Shown piece by piece: positions 34,790 through 48,684 of a stretch of DNA of 64,000 bases (position 1 is the stretch's first letter; every line of letters starts with the position of its first letter). The position numbers and the translations under genes are program-made. Under the pieces are notes generated by a model, which did no database searches, had not been told where the DNA came from, and worked only from the letters and a program-made list of their open reading frames with translations. This stretch comes from Squalus acanthias (lineage: Eukaryota). The DNA lies in contig CM059432.1 of NCBI GenBank assembly GCA_030390025.1, positions 31,498,001 through 31,562,000 on the forward strand. The letters run 5' to 3'.

Positions 34790-37736
34790 CTCTTCTTCTT
34801 AGACAGTCCCTCGGAACCGAGGATGACTCGCTTCCACACTAAAAATGAGTTCTCAGGTGACTGATGAGTCCAATGCGGGACCTACAGTCTCTGTCACAGG
34901 TGGGGCAGACGGTGGGGTGCTTGGGTTGAAGTGCACTCCTTCCGCTGTTTGCGTTTGGCTTCCGCTTGCTCCCGGCGAAGAGACTCGAGGTGTTCGGCAC
35001 CTTCCCGGATGCTTCTCCTCCACTTGGGCAGGGATTCCCAGGTGTCGGTGGGGATGTTACACTTTTTCAAGGAGGCTTTGAGGGTGTCCTTGAAGCGTTT
35101 CCTCTGCCCACCTGGGGCTCTCTTGCCGTGTCAGAGCTCCGAGTAGAGTGCTTGTTTTGGGAGTCTCGTATCGGGCATGCGGACGATGTAGCCCGTCCAT
35201 CGGAGCTGATCGAGTGTGGTCAAAGCTTCGATGCTGGGGATGTTGGCCCGAGCGAGAACACTGACGTTGGTGCGCCTATCCTGCCAATGGATTTGCAGGA
35301 TCCTGCGAATGCAGCATTGGTGGTACCTCTCCAGTGCTTTGAGGTGCCTGCTGTACATGGTCCATGTCTCTGAAGCATACAGGAGGGCGGGTATCACTAC
35401 TGCTCTGTAGACCATGAGCTTGGTGCTGGGTTTGAGGTCCTGGTCTTCAAACACTCTCTTCCTCAGGTGACCGAAGGCTACACTGGCACACTGAAGGCGG
35501 TGTTGGACTTCGTCATCGACGTCTGCCCTTGTTGACAGTAGGCTCCCGAGGTATGGAAAGTGGTCCTCATTATCCAAGGCCTCGTCATGGACTTTGATAA
35601 TCGGGGAGCAGTACTGTGTGGCGGGGCCAGGTTGATAGAGGACCTTTGTCTTACGGATGTTTAGTGTAAGGCCCATGCTCTCGTATGCTTCGGTGAAGGT
35701 GTTGACGATGGTTTGGAGTTCGGCCTCAGAGTGTGCGCAGACGCAAGCGTCGTCTGCATACTGTAATTCGATGACAGAGGATGGGACGACCTTGGATCTG
35801 GACTGGAGGCGACGGAGGTTGAACAGTTTCCCGTTTGTTCAGTAGATTAGCTCCACTCCAGCGGGGAGTTTACTGAGGGTGAGATGGAGCATTGCAGCAA
35901 GGAAGATTGAGAAGAGCGTTGGTGCGATGACACAGCCTTGCTTGACCCCGGTCCGTACGTGAATTGAGTCTGTGGTGGATCCGTTGGTCAGGATCATGGC
36001 TTGCATGTCGTCGTGAAGCAGGCGGAGGATGGTGACAAACTTTTGAGGGCAGCCGAATTTGAGGAGGACACGCCATAATCCCTCACGGTTGACGGTGTCA
36101 AAGGCCTTTGTGAGGTCAAAGAAGGCCATGTACAGCGGTTGGTGCTGATCCCTGCATTTCTCTTGTAGTTGACGCGTGGTGAAGATCATGTCCATTGTGC
36201 CCCTTAGTGGGCGGAATCTGTATTGCGACTCTGGGAGGAGCTCTTCAGCCATTGGGAGAAGGTGATTGAGGAGGATTCTTGCAATGACTTTCCCTGTGGC
36301 AGACTGTAATTTCCCTCTGTAATTACCACAATCGGACTTGTCACCTTTCTTGAAGATGGTCACGATTACGGCACCTCTGAGATCCCCTGGCATGCTCTCC
36401 TCCTTCCAAATAAGAGAAATTAGTTCATGTATTCACACCAATAGTGCTTCTCTGCCATGTTTTAGCGCCTCAGCCGGGATTCCATCTGCTCCTGAGGCCT
36501 TGTTCTTCAGTTGTCAGATGGCCTTTTCAACCTCATGCCGGGCTGGGGTTGTGCTGAGATGGTGGCAGGTAGCATGCTGCGGGATGGAGCTGAGGACACT
36601 CGCGTCGAAGACTGAGTCTCGGTTAAGAGCTTCGAAGTGCTCCTTCCAGCGGGCGCTGACTGCCTCTCTGTTCTTGATGAGTACCTCTCCGTTCTTGGCC
36701 CGCAGTGGGGTAGGACCATGGGTGCTTGGGCCGTAGGTGGTCTTGACTGCGCTAAAGAATCCACGCACATCGTGGTTGTCGGCTAGCTGCTGGATCTCCT
36801 GCGCTTTCTCCACCCACCATCTGTTCTTTAGGTCGCAAGTTTTTTTGTTGGACCTCGGCCTTCAGGCATCTGTAGAGCTGCTTTCTTGCTCTCGAGTTCT
36901 GTTGCTGTTTCCAGATCAGGAATGCCTTGTGCTTGCGGTTTATTAGCTCCTGAATCTCCTGGTCGTTCTCGTCAAACCAGTCTTGGTGTTTCCTGGTCGA
37001 GTGACCGAGCGTCTCTTCACAGGTGCTGATTATGGAGGCCTTGGTGCAGACCAGGTGCTGTGGACACTCTGTGTCTCTGAATCACTGGGAGTCGTCAGGT
37101 TGGTTGTGAGGCGCAGGTGGAATAGGGCTTTCTTTGAGTGCTCCAGCGTTGATTTTCCTGCGGCATTGCTTCTGTTGCTGCCGCTGTTTTGGGGCTACGT
37201 TGATGGAGATGACAAAGCGGATTAGACGGTGGACTGTTCAGCAGTCGTCAGATCCTGTCATGGCGCGGGTGATGCGGACGTCCTTGCGGTCCCTTGCTTG
37301 GACGATGACGTAGTCCAGCAGATGCCAGTGCTTGGAGCGAGGGTGTTGCCATGAAGTCTTGTACTTGTCTCTCTGACGGAACAAGGTGTTGGTTATGACA
37401 GGGCCATGTTCTAAACATTTCGTCAGGAGGAGGGTACCGTTGGAGTTGGCTTTCCCTACCCCCTGTCTGCCAATCACACCTCCCCAGAGGTCTGTGTCCT
37501 TTCCAACTCTGGCGTTGAAGTCGCCAAGGAGGATCAGCTTGCCGCCCGTTGGGACTCGGGACAGGGATTGTTCGAGGCTGGAGTAGAATTCCTCTTTGGT
37601 CTCGTCTGTGGCTTCCAGCGTTGGGGCGTACGCACTGATGACCGTAGCGCACTGGTTCCGGGCTAGGGTGAGCCGTAGAGTCATGAGGCGTTCGTTTATT
37701 CCAGAGGTGGAGTCTCTGAGACGTTCAACTAGCTCA
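34790..37736 (-). mobile_element. RTE-clade (BovB-like) LINE, 5'-truncated, inserted in a CR1 fragment
   Basis: ISAYAPT, LGDFNARVG, FFDLTKAFDTV, GVKQGCVIAPTLF, QYADD, LRWTGYIVRM; (aag)n tail; tggtt duplicated at the flanks; CR1 halves at 34590-34789 and 37737-37880. Confidence 0.93.
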
Positions 37737-38126
37737 TGGTTACCTCATCAGCCTCTGGTTACAGTTTCTCCTTATTTACTCTATCAAAACCTCTCATAAT
37801 TTTGAACACCTCTATTAAATTTCCCTTTAACCTTCTCTGCTCTAAGTACAATAACCCCAGCTTCTCTAGTCTCTCCAGTTGAGTAAAGAAGTTTTTCCAA
37901 TGTTTCTTCTAAATTTACTTTTCACTCATTTCCTTTTAAGTCTTCTTATCCCTAATTTCTTCATTTTTAAACGGGAGTCCCTTGACATTCAACTCTTCAC
38001 CATAATGAACAATTTTCCTGGATCAACATAGGCAGTTCCCTTCATAAGCACAAGAAATGTTTTAACAAAAAAAAGTCATAACCCCTAATTATTCTTCCCT
38101 TCGTGTTGCCCCCAGCATAATGCTTA

Positions 38127-38348
<222 letters not shown>

Positions 38349-38464
38349 TCACTTCAAACAAACTCAGTAAAACTACAGCAGCAGTATTTGGTAATAATAT
38401 TTGTCGATAATATTTGCCCAACTCAACTAAGGTCATACTCAAATAAACCTGCAAACCTGTATTT

Positions 38465-38930
38465 AAAAAAAAAATCTATTCTCGTGATGTGGACATCGGT
38501 GGCAAGGCCAGCATTTATTGCTCATCCCCTGCATACACCCTTCAGAAGGTGGTGGTGAGCTTTCTTCTTGAACTGCTACAGTCCGTGTGATGAAGGTACT
38601 CCCCCAGAGCAGTTAGGCAGGGAATTCCAGGATTTTGACCCAGCGATGATGAAGGAACAGTGGCATATGTCCAAGTCAGGATGGTGTGTGACTTGGAGTG
38701 CAACTTGGAGGTGATGATATTCCTATGCATTTGCTGCCCTTGTCCTAGGTGGTGGAGGTCACGAGTTTGGGAGGTGCTGCCGAAGAAGCTTTGGCGAGTT
38801 GCTGCAGTGCATCCTGTAGATGGTACACACTGCAGCCACGGTGCGCTGGTGGTGGAGGGAGTGAATGTTTAAGGTGGTGGATGGGATGCCAATCAAGAGG
38901 ACTGCATTGTCCTGGATGGTGTCGAGCTTC
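38465..38930 (-). mobile_element. LINE family B 3' fragment
   Basis: Matches 5124-5590. Confidence 0.85.
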
Positions 38931-39107
38931 GAATATCGAGCTGTAGGACTGGTAAGCAGTTATAACTGTTACTGTGGCCATTGGGTGCACATGTGGATTT
39001 TCACTGTTGTCCGTTAAACTCTTTTTCTCCAAGGTTTCACCCACCATTAGCAGATCATCTGGGATCCTCCTAGGGTGACCTGTAAGGTGCATTCCATTTC
39101 ACTTATT

Positions 39108-39856
39108 GGCCCGTATTTTTCGATGCCTACGGGTGTATACGAGCTGTGTACACACCCGTAGGGACATCGGAAATGCCGGTTTCAGGCATGTGCTGAAAAC
39201 CAGCATTTCCAATCTGTCAAGAATGCTCTTGACAGATCGCACGCCTGCCCTGGAGAAGGGCCTCTGCGGGTGGAGAGTTCAGCTTTCTGGAGACCCTCCG
39301 CCCGCTGAAATCACTTAAAAATCTTACGCCTGGTGAAAGCAGGCGTAAGGCCTGCTTTTACCAGCATAAGAGTTTTAAAAAGTTAAAAATATATTTTTTT
39401 TCACTCATTTATAATTTTAAAATACTTTAAAAAAAGTTAAGTTTATTTTTAGCCCCATAAAAAACTTTAATTATTTTTCAAAAAATGTAATTTTTGTTTA
39501 AAATATTTAATTTAATGTAATTTTAACTCATTTTAAAAACGTGATGGTTTTTTAATTTTTTTTTTAATGTTTTGATGTCTTTTTTTAGTGATCCCCATTC
39601 ATACTTTTGACAGGTCTATCTGTCAAAAGTATGAAGGGGGATTCCCTTCTTTCATTGGCTCACCTGGCCCATGTGATCCCAGGGACACTTGCGAACCGCC
39701 TGCGCCCCTGGGATTCCTGGGCCTCTGCGCCCGAGCACCAGGAGAGGCCCAGGAGCGGAAGTGTCCGGACCTCGGGAGCCCTTAGGTAAGGGCGTAGATT
39801 TTTTTCCCGATAGGAGGCATCCGCACGCAGGAAGCCTCCTATCGGAAATTACGGGC
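39108..39856. mobile_element. Non-autonomous Harbinger-type MITE (749 bp)
   Basis: TIRs ggcccgtatttttcgat / atcggaaattacgggc; ATT target duplication at 39105-39107 and 39857-39859; GC-rich arms around an AT-rich core. Confidence 0.88.
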
Positions 39857-40749
39857 ATTGTGTTTTCTGCTGAATTCTACAAACTCAGATATAAACATCA
39901 TTTAAAAAAACTTGGCTTCTACGTGACGATAAAGTTTTTCCCCAAATTGTGCTTTCATTGTTGAACTTCAAAAAGCTACCTGGCACTCTCAGCTGCTCTG
40001 GTAAAACCTCAACTGGTTTCCTGGAAGGAGGGAGCCTGTGTTCTTCGATAAGCATCGGGGTTTATGAGTCAGTAGCTAGTCTGTGATAGATAGAACTACC
40101 TGATAGAACACGCAAACTGTGACTGGTACATGCACTAAACACAGCGACAAAAGTAAGAGCATGATTGTGCAGTAATAATTAAATCACGGGCAACTTATAA
40201 TTCACAACATGAAAAACATTGCCCTCCACTGACATGACACTCCACTAACGATACTCAACTGCTCTCTGATCTTCAGCTTATTTGCACCCGTTAAACTCTC
40301 CAAAACCTTTTGCATTGAGGAATGTCACAATATTATGAATGAGCTGGTGAATGCTTTTCTGAATTTTAATGCTAAAAAAAACCCACTGGAACTGAGATCT
40401 GAGGGCATGTGAACCAATTCCTGAGTCACACTCCTGCGTGGCAGCCAACATAGGCAAACCGGAAAAATCCACTGGTTTCAAATAATTGCAGCTAATGGCA
40501 AAGGATTCCTTTCTACTGTCGTGAGGGGAAAAACTTACTGTGAAAAAAGCAACAAGGTTAGCCAGAAGGGAAATGATCTGCCCTGATCAAGATTGAGGAA
40601 GCTCAAAAAATATCCAGAAACTGCATGTTTGGTATGAAATTGATAAATGATCTCACACAGGACTTGGATAATGGACATGCTAATTCGTCCTGAAATTACT
40701 GATGAGCATGGAACTGAGTCAATCAGAACAGGAAAGTTTTAGATTCACC

Positions 40750-41125
40750 CTCCTGTTTAAATCTCTTCATTGCCTCATCCCTCCCTATCTCTGTAATCTC
40801 CTCCAGCCCTACAATTCCCCCCTACTCCCAACTTTCCATTCCTTTGACTCTGGTCTCCCTTCATCCCACCATTGGCGGCCATGCCTTCAGCCACCTAGGT
40901 CCTACGCTCTGGAATTCCCTCGTTAAACTCCTTCGTCTTTTCACCACCCTCTAGTTCTTTAAGACCCTCCTTAAAACACACCTCCCCTCCTAAGAAAATG
41001 TTCTTTGCCTCGGCATCCATTTTTGTCTGATTACATCACTATGAAGTGCCTTGGGATGTTAGACATAGACATAGAAACATGTTTTTTCTACGTTAAAGGC
41101 ATTATATAAATGTAAGTTGTTGAAT
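40750..41125 (+). mobile_element. L2 3' fragment (old)
   Basis: Homologous to 7670-8060, with tail tatataaatgtaagttgttg. Confidence 0.75.
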
Positions 41126-41942
41126 TAGGTGATACCATCTGGAGCACTCATAGACTAGTTAGTGGTTAGTGACGCTCTCTTTTTTTTCCTCTCGTGAAAT
41201 GCTAGACTCCCTGCTAACATTGCACAGGCGCCAGCAGCCCTCTGATAACTCAACCAAATCATCATTCATCATGTGTGAGCCCTGCCAGTGAGTGTTAGCA
41301 GGCTATTCTACCCGAAGTGACATCACAACTAAGACTATCCTCAATCGGCATTCAGACCTTCGCACTTTAACAAATGTATGATCAGACAACAATCAGGAGC
41401 TGGAACCATGGCTTATTCCCCCTCCCCCCTTACTAGCTCCATTGCACTGAGGTTGGCTGTATTGACTCAATGGCTGTCCCAGTTAAAATCAGCATCAGAA
41501 TCTGGGTCCTTCCTGTCAGTATAATTCAGTCCCATAGCGAATTTACCAAATGAGCCATTGTGGGACTCTGTTCATTAATAAAACAAGCAAGACTGACTTG
41601 CATTTATATAGTGACTTCTCACATCTTGCCGCTATACCCCAAAGTGCATCACAAACACCTTTACTAACTGTTCTCACATGTATATTCCACCCTCCATAAA
41701 CTTGAGCTCATCCAAAATTCTACTGCTCGTATTCTAACTCGCACCAAGTCCCGTTCACCTTATCACCCCTGTACTCGCTGACCTACATTGGCTCCCAGTC
41801 CAGCAACGCCTCGATTTTAAAATTCTCATCCTTGTTTTCAAATCCCTCCATGGCCTCGCCCCTCCCCATCTGGAAAAAGTTAGAGATGTAAACAGATGTA
41901 TACAGCAAGTGCAGGAGCAGGGAAAGGGGGGGAGGGGACGGG

Positions 41943-43681
41943 ACTTGCTTAAAATCTGTTAATCTCTCACTTTTTCGAGTTCTGACAAAAGGTCATTGAC
42001 CTGAAATGTTGGCCGGGATTTTGCTCACCTCAGCAGGGCCATGGCGGGCGATGTTGGTGGCGGGTCCCGACCCCGCTGCTGGCTCCATCCCGCTCTGTGA
42101 AATTAATTTCCCCTGATTGGGCTTGCTAAGCCCGCCCAATGCGTTTCACGGCCAATTAGACGTCAATGGTGACGTCATATGCTTATGGAGGGAGTCACAG
42201 CACGCAGGGAGGTCCTCTTCCCTTCCCATGGGCGGAAGAGACCTCCCCAGGAGATCAACACAGCCTGGTTGCACATTGCAGAGGAGGGCACAAGCAGGGA
42301 TGTGGTTAGGAGGACCTGTATGCAGTGCCGCAAACGTTTCAATGATCTCAGTAGATCACGAAACGTTAGTACAAAGCCACACTCAACCTCATCCTGCTGT
42401 GCCTCTCATCCCCATCACTCTGCCTTCCCTACCGTACTCCTGCACACCCTTACTCACACCAACTTACCTTGCACCTCCACCTATCCCTCTCTATTTATAT
42501 TATCACATCCCCATCTCACTAGCTACCCCTCACACTCACCCTCATCCTTGTGCAATCATACCAACTAACACACAAGGGTAGGCATTTGGGTGTTTTATCC
42601 AATGTTCATGTAAAGTTTCTGTTAATGGGCTGTCAAACATTGAAACATTTATTTATAACACTTTGCATTCTTGGACAGATTTGTGTGCACCTTTGGAAGT
42701 GGCTTAATGAGTTGCAGTGAATGGTGAGACATAACGGTAACCCCGCAATGGTTCTGAGTGTGAAAGGAATGGCTTGGTCATTGTAGAGATGCTTTATGGT
42801 GTTGGTGTGGGGTGATGCCAACCTGTTGCATCATGTGGCAGCCAGGGTGTACAAGTAAATCTGGCCATGGTGAGGCCATCCCTGGCCTCCCAGGCAGCAA
42901 TGTGGTCAGGTGCTGATGCCCTCTGTCCTGTGCAGTATCAGTTGATTGCTGAGAAGGTTGGTGTTGTTGTTGGTGTTGCTGGTGTCCCTGGTGCTGCTGG
43001 TGTTGGGGCTGATCGTGATGGCATTCTGAGGACCACGGTGAGAGAGTGTAAAGGGCACCCATGTTGATGGAATAGATGGCAGGTGAAGTAAAGATGACGG
43101 AAGCATTCGGCCAATGGTGAGAGAGTTCTTCCAATGAGGTGAGAGTGGTTGGAGAGTGGAAAGTGGAAAGCCTGCATAATGAGTGCTGGAAATGGAGTGA
43201 GAAAAAGCTTCTGCCTGAGGAAAGTTACTATCCGTCAGGTGGGAGCTTTTACTGTACATTTGAAGCTGTCCAGTAATCAGCTGGGGCAATGGCCACTGAA
43301 CTCACGCCTCAGCTTGACAGCCGTGCTCTGCACACAGCGGGAATCCCGTGGCCATGAAGTTAAAGACAAAAGGTAAGTGAAAAGGGGCTGTTAAGCATCT
43401 GGCAACTAATCATTTTAATTAGGTCCCCCGCCGCTGCTGGTCGGGTCTGCTCAGTGCTGACAACCCAATGTTGGGGCAGGTTGACAGCGGGTTCCCGACC
43501 CACTGTAAAAAAAAAAAACTTTTCCACCCGGCCCGCCACCGATCGCACCCGCTGACCCCCCGCAAAATTCCCCCCATTAACTCTGTTTCTCGCTCTACAG
43601 ATGCTGCCTGACCTGCTGAGTATTTCCAGCATTTTCTGTTTTTATTTCAGATTTCCAGCATCCGCAGTATTTTGCTTCTGT
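41943..43681 (+). mobile_element. Penelope-like element end (41943-42010 and 43579-43681) with a decayed hammerhead motif, split by Harbinger 3
   Basis: gagtt-ctgacaa-aggtc att gacct-gaaatgtt | aactctgtttc...; matches 54175-54344. Confidence 0.82.
42011..43575. mobile_element. PIF/Harbinger element 3, internally deleted
   Basis: Imperfect TIRs ggccgggattttgc / gcaaaattcccccc; GTT/ATT flanks. Myb exon 1 remnant on + (RREVLFP...RTCMQCRKRFNDL|gttagt); Gln/His-rich MGA... start on - is probably the transposase N-terminus. Confidence 0.82.
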
Positions 43682-43904
43682 AAGTAAATACCTGTTTTCT
43701 TAAAAGCATTATTAAAATACTCTTTTTACATGCTGCACTTTCATATTATGAATATTATATAGTATTATAATTTAGATGGGGGGTCAGTGATTACTAATCC
43801 TATGAAAAAGGGGTCCTTCAACCAAAAAAGTTTGAGGACAGTGTCTCCAGCAATGCAGCACTCCCCAGTGTTGACTGAAGTGGAACCCTAGATTACACGT
43901 TTAA

Positions 43905-44441
43905 GACTTATGCTAAACCTTTATAAATCAATGATTAGGCCTCAGCTGGAGTCCAATTAGGAATGATGTCAAGACCCTGGAGAGGGAGCAGGGGAGATTT
44001 ACTACCAGGGATGAGGGACTTCAGTTGTGTGGAGAGACTAGAGAAGCTAGAATTGTTCTCCATAGAGCAGAGAAGGTTAAGGGTAAATTTAATAGATGTT
44101 TTCCAAATTATGAGGGGTTTTGATGAAGTAAATAAGGAGAAACTGCTTCCACTGGCAGGAGAGTCGGTAACCAGAGGACACAGATTTAAGATAATTGGCA
44201 AACGAAACAAAGGAGAGGGGAGATTTTTTTTTACGCAGCGGTTGTTATGATCTGCCTGAAAGGATGGTGGAAGCAGATTCAATAGTAACTTTCAAAAGGG
44301 AATTGGATATATACTTGAAAAGGAGGAATTTGCAGGGCTAAGGGAAAGAGCAGGGGAGTGGAACGAATTTGATAGTGCTTTCAAAGAGTTGACACAGGCA
44401 TTTTTGGGCTGAATGACCTCCTTCTATGCTGTATGATTCTA
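43905..44441 (+). mobile_element. CR1 3' fragment
   Basis: LELFSIEQRRLR...TRGHRFK and tail gtatgattct. Confidence 0.85.
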
Positions 44442-44464
44442 CGTGTCATCCTGAGTTCTTCTGA

Positions 44465-44850
44465 ATTCCACTCCAGGACTTCAGCACATAATCTAGGCCA
44501 ACACTTCAGTTCAGTACTGAGGGAGTGCTGCATTGTCAGAGGTGCCTTCTTTTGAATGAAATGTTCAACTGAGGCCCCATCTGCCTGTTCAGTTGGATGC
44601 AAACTCGCCCATGGCACTTTTTCCAAAGAGGAGCAAGAAGTTCTCCTGGTGTCCTGGCCAACTTTCATCCCTCAACCAACAGCACCAAAACAGATGAACT
44701 GCTCATTTACTGTTTTCTGGAACCTTGCTGTGTACAACTTAGCTGCTGCATTTGCCCACATAACAATAGTGACTGCACTTCAAAAGTAATTCATTGACTG
44801 TGAGCCACCTTAGGACATCCTGTGAAAGGTGGTATCAAAAGTTCTTTCTA
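44465..44850 (+). mobile_element. Deu-domain SINE
   Basis: Matches the reverse complement of 47540-47999. Confidence 0.78.
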
Positions 44851-45339
44851 AAACATTTTTGATTAAACTTTTGCACACCCCTCCTAATTATCCCCCCATG
44901 GCACAGTGTCCGTTCCCTTATGTTTTCCCATTTGTGAAGTACCTCGGGATTTTTTTTTATGGAAAAGATGCTATGAAAATACAAGTTGTTGTTGTTGTTT
45001 CCACTACCAAACTTTAAAGGGCTGCAGCTATTTAAAGGGCCTGGGGGGCAGGAAACCTGTCTGAGACTTTCTAAAGCTTGTATGGGGCAAAATAAGTAAC
45101 TGAATAAAACGCAAGGCGAAGTTGCATGTAGCAGATAGAGCTTTTGACCAAGTGGCGAAGCATCTTTCTGATGTCCCTATTTTCCCACAGCTCTTCCTGT
45201 TCTGCCGAAGTCTTGCAAATGCATCAATTAAAATTATCTTTCCTTTACTGTTGTAATGTAGAAAAACGCAGAAGCCAAATTGCACCCAAAGAAATTCCAC
45301 AAACACCAATGAGATAAATGATCAGTCATTCAGTTTTTG

Positions 45340-45905
45340 AAGAGAAAAGGTGGAGTGGTGGAGGGGTTTAGGAAGTGATTCCCAGAGTAGAGCTGGTGTG
45401 GCTGAAGGCTCTGGCACCAATGCTGAGATGAAGGTGAGCGATGCTCAAAAATCCAGAATCAGAGGACCGAAGTCTGCAGGGGAAAAAATAAAGTTGGAGG
45501 AGGTAGCAGAGATATGGTGAGGCGAGACCATGGAGGGATTTGAAGACAGCAACGAGTATTTTGAATGTAATATGTAGGGCAACAGGTTTCAATATAGGTC
45601 AGTTAAGATTTAAGGACTGTATATTTTAAGCATGGAGGAGGTTGAGTTTTCGACAAGTTGGGAGTTTATGGAGGGCGGTGAATATGAGACCAGCAAGGAC
45701 TGCATTGGAATAATTGAGTCTATATATAACAAAAGCATGGATGAGTATTTCAGTGGTGAAGAGGTAAGGAAGTAAGTTGTCTTGACCAGGAATAAGATTA
45801 GGGCTTGAAGTTCAGCTCTGGGTGGAAAAGGACACCAATTTTACATATCATCTAGTTCAGCCTGAACAAGTGACCCAGAAGGAGGATGGAATCATTGGCA
45901 AGGAC
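45340..45905 (-). mobile_element. Old L2 fragment
   Basis: ITFKILVAVFKSLHGLASPYL...IGARAFS. Confidence 0.7.
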
Positions 45906-46861
45906 AACTCTCGAGGACTGGTCCTCCCCTCCACCAAGTGAGCTCTCGACAGTAGGCACAATATGAGCCAGGACCTCGCAATGAGTAACTCAATAGGACT
46001 GACCTTTGAAAACAGAGGTCATAACATTCAATATCAGCGAGCCTGCCCCTTGACCTCACCACTTGAGCACTCATTACAAAAACCCCACCCATCCAATAAC
46101 AATATGCATTCTGTTGTATATTTTTCCCAGTCTTCCTTTCCTTTTCAGTGCCCCGCCCAGCCATTACTTGCTCTGTTCATCTTTCATCTTAGTTGCCATG
46201 CCAATAAGCTTTTTCCAATAAAAAATAAAGGAATTCTAAACTGGTGAACAATCTAAAATTTTAAAGACCAAGGACCATTGCTTTACAACCAAGATTTTTT
46301 TCCCCCTTCCTTTTCCCAGCCCTTCCCAATAGCAAGTCTTCCTGTAGAATGGAAAAGTATAATGATTTCCTTATAGCTTGATCCAACTTTGTGCTGTTGA
46401 AAAGTTATCAGCAAGGGCGATGTCACCTTATAAACAGGGTGGAACACAATTGAAATCGGCAGGAAGGTGATCTGAGAGTGAGTGTTTGGCACAGGCGTAT
46501 CCTAGTATATGCATTTTATCATTTTAAATGAGTGCTTCCTGATGAAAGTGACTTACAAGTGAATGAGTTTTGAGTGCGAGACACAGTACTGAGCACATAA
46601 CAGAACGAAAGACTAAGTATCAATCAGCTTGAAATTATGGAGTTTATTATTTTTAAATAATGACTCACTTGTAGGCAAGTATCCAAATCTACTTGTGAGA
46701 TTTTTAATAGAATAGAATGAGTATGTTGAGTTTTGATTAAGCCACTCTGACGATGCTTTTCTATGTTAAAGGTGTTATATAAATGCATGTTCTTGCTGCT
46801 GTTGTAAGAAGCATTTTGAAACATTGGCTTCTTTAATTCTGCTGTGATACATAAGGAGTGA

Positions 46862-47042
46862 AAACGTGGCTGACTCTTAACTGCCCTTTGAAGTGGTCTA
46901 GCAAACTGCTCACTTTCCCCACACGGACTGCAGCAGTTCAAGGAGAAGGCTCACCACCACCTTCTCAAGGGCAACTAGGGATGGGCAATAAATGCCAGCC
47001 TTGCCAGTGACGCCCACATCCCCAGAATGAATAATAAAAAAA
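46862..47042 (+). mobile_element. Short LINE-B derivative (5' UTR end fused to 3' tail)
   Basis: tgactcttaactgccctttgaagtggtctagcaa followed by ccacacggactgcagc...gggcaataaatg...aataaaaa. Confidence 0.75.
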
Positions 47043-47539
47043 GCCAAACAGCTTCCTGTCCAGGTCTAACTTAATACAGTGTTTTGGCACAGTTTGCTTG
47101 AGGGAGGAGCCAAGCATCGTCACTTCAAACACAAACATGCTGTGCAATTTGTATGTCTGATTCGAAGCTCCTTTTAAATTTCGCACCCGTTGCTTAAATT
47201 CAATGAAGCCCGGGTAACTGTTTCACAGATATTCATTAAGGTGGACTTTTCAAATCAATTGAGTTTAATTGCAATCTTTGAAGACTGTCCAACTGGAACA
47301 TCTGAAGAGTGTTAGTGTTAGTTAGGGTACATAACACCTGTAGCTAATAAAAGAAAGAATAATTGCAACATGAGGAGAAGGATTATAATTAGTTTAACAC
47401 AGAGTTTGAAACTATTTATTACATGAGGAGTTAGCAAAGTTTAACAACTACTGCAGAAGTTATGTTCAAGTCAAAAAATATCTATAAAAAAAGTGCAAAG
47501 ACCCAAAATGTGATATTACATATCGGTGAATGAGGAAAG

Positions 47540-47999
47540 AAAGAAGAAGGAACTTGCATTTATATAGCCCCTTTCACGACCTCAGGATCTCCCAAAGTGC
47601 TTCACAGCCAATGAAATACTTTTGAAGTGTAGTCACTGGTGTAATGTCGGAAAGGCGGCAGCCAAATTGCACACAGCAAGCTCCCACAAACAGCAATGTG
47701 ATAATGACCAGATAATCTGTTTTTTAATGATGTTGGTTGAGTGATAAATATTCACCAGAACACTGGGGAGAATTCCTCTGCTCTTCTTCGAATAGTGGCA
47801 TGGAATCTTTTACGCCCACCTGAGAGGGTAGATGGGGCCTCAGTTTACAGCTGATCCAAAAGACAGCACCTGCAACAGTGCAGCACTCCTTCTGTACTGC
47901 GTATCAGCCTAGATTTCGTGCTCAAGTCTCTGCAGTGGAACTTGAACCAACAACCTTCTGACTCGGAGGCACGAGTACCACCACTGAGCCACGGCTGAC
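47540..47999 (-). mobile_element. Deu-domain SINE (SacSINE1/AmnSINE1-like), full length
   Basis: tRNA head (gtggctcagtggt...ggttcaagttcc), Deu core (attgctgtttgtgggagcttgctgtg...) and tail gctatataaatgcaagtt. Confidence 0.85.
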
Positions 48000-48684
48000 A
48001 GAGGGCACCCGGTGCGTTTCCACCAAAAACTTTGCGCCTGAGGTGCCAATCCCATCTCCGATTCCGGTTTCTCACTTAGATTGAATTCTCAGTCTCCAGC
48101 TTTACCCTGCTTTGAACTTCAAGTCATACATCCAGTCAATTGCACATCTCCACCTTGGGAACACTGCCTATCTACCCTTCTCCCCCTGTCCACCACCAAA
48201 CTCTCATCCTCTCCTCCACCTCATGGCTTGATTTCTTCAACATTATTCTTGCCAACATTTGCACGTGCTTCAACTCACACAGAACTCTGCACACACATTA
48301 TCCCTGTTGAATTCACAACTTCTGGGTTGCTAATCCAGTACCATATGCCATGACACTACCATAACCACGACACTACCATAAATACGACACTATCATAGCA
48401 TACCCTCACCTGGCGCCACTCACCATGGGAACAATGAAATAGGGCGACATTTTTCTGCATGTGAAAGCAGCATAATAACGGTACTACAGAGGTTCAATTC
48501 ATTTTAATCGGGCAGCTTCAACACTGCTGATACCTTGCTGTCAGCTGCAATGAAATGCTGCTGTACCTCTCGTGGGCCAGAAATGGAGCCAATGGGTCCA
48601 GTAGTGGCAGAGAAAGACTTTCTTATCGTTCTTGTCAGCTTGCCCGGAATGACAAAAGTCGGGTCCTTTACATTCACCAAAGCA

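Noticed and set aside
42778..43134. Gln/His-rich 118-aa ORF as a novel host gene
   Set aside because: Lies inside Harbinger 3 where the transposase 5' end is expected; low complexity.
48349..48400. Three ~17-bp repeats (gacactaccata) resembling a mini-array
   Set aside because: Simple tandem duplication with no unique spacers; no CRISPR-like array or cas-like gene anywhere in the window.
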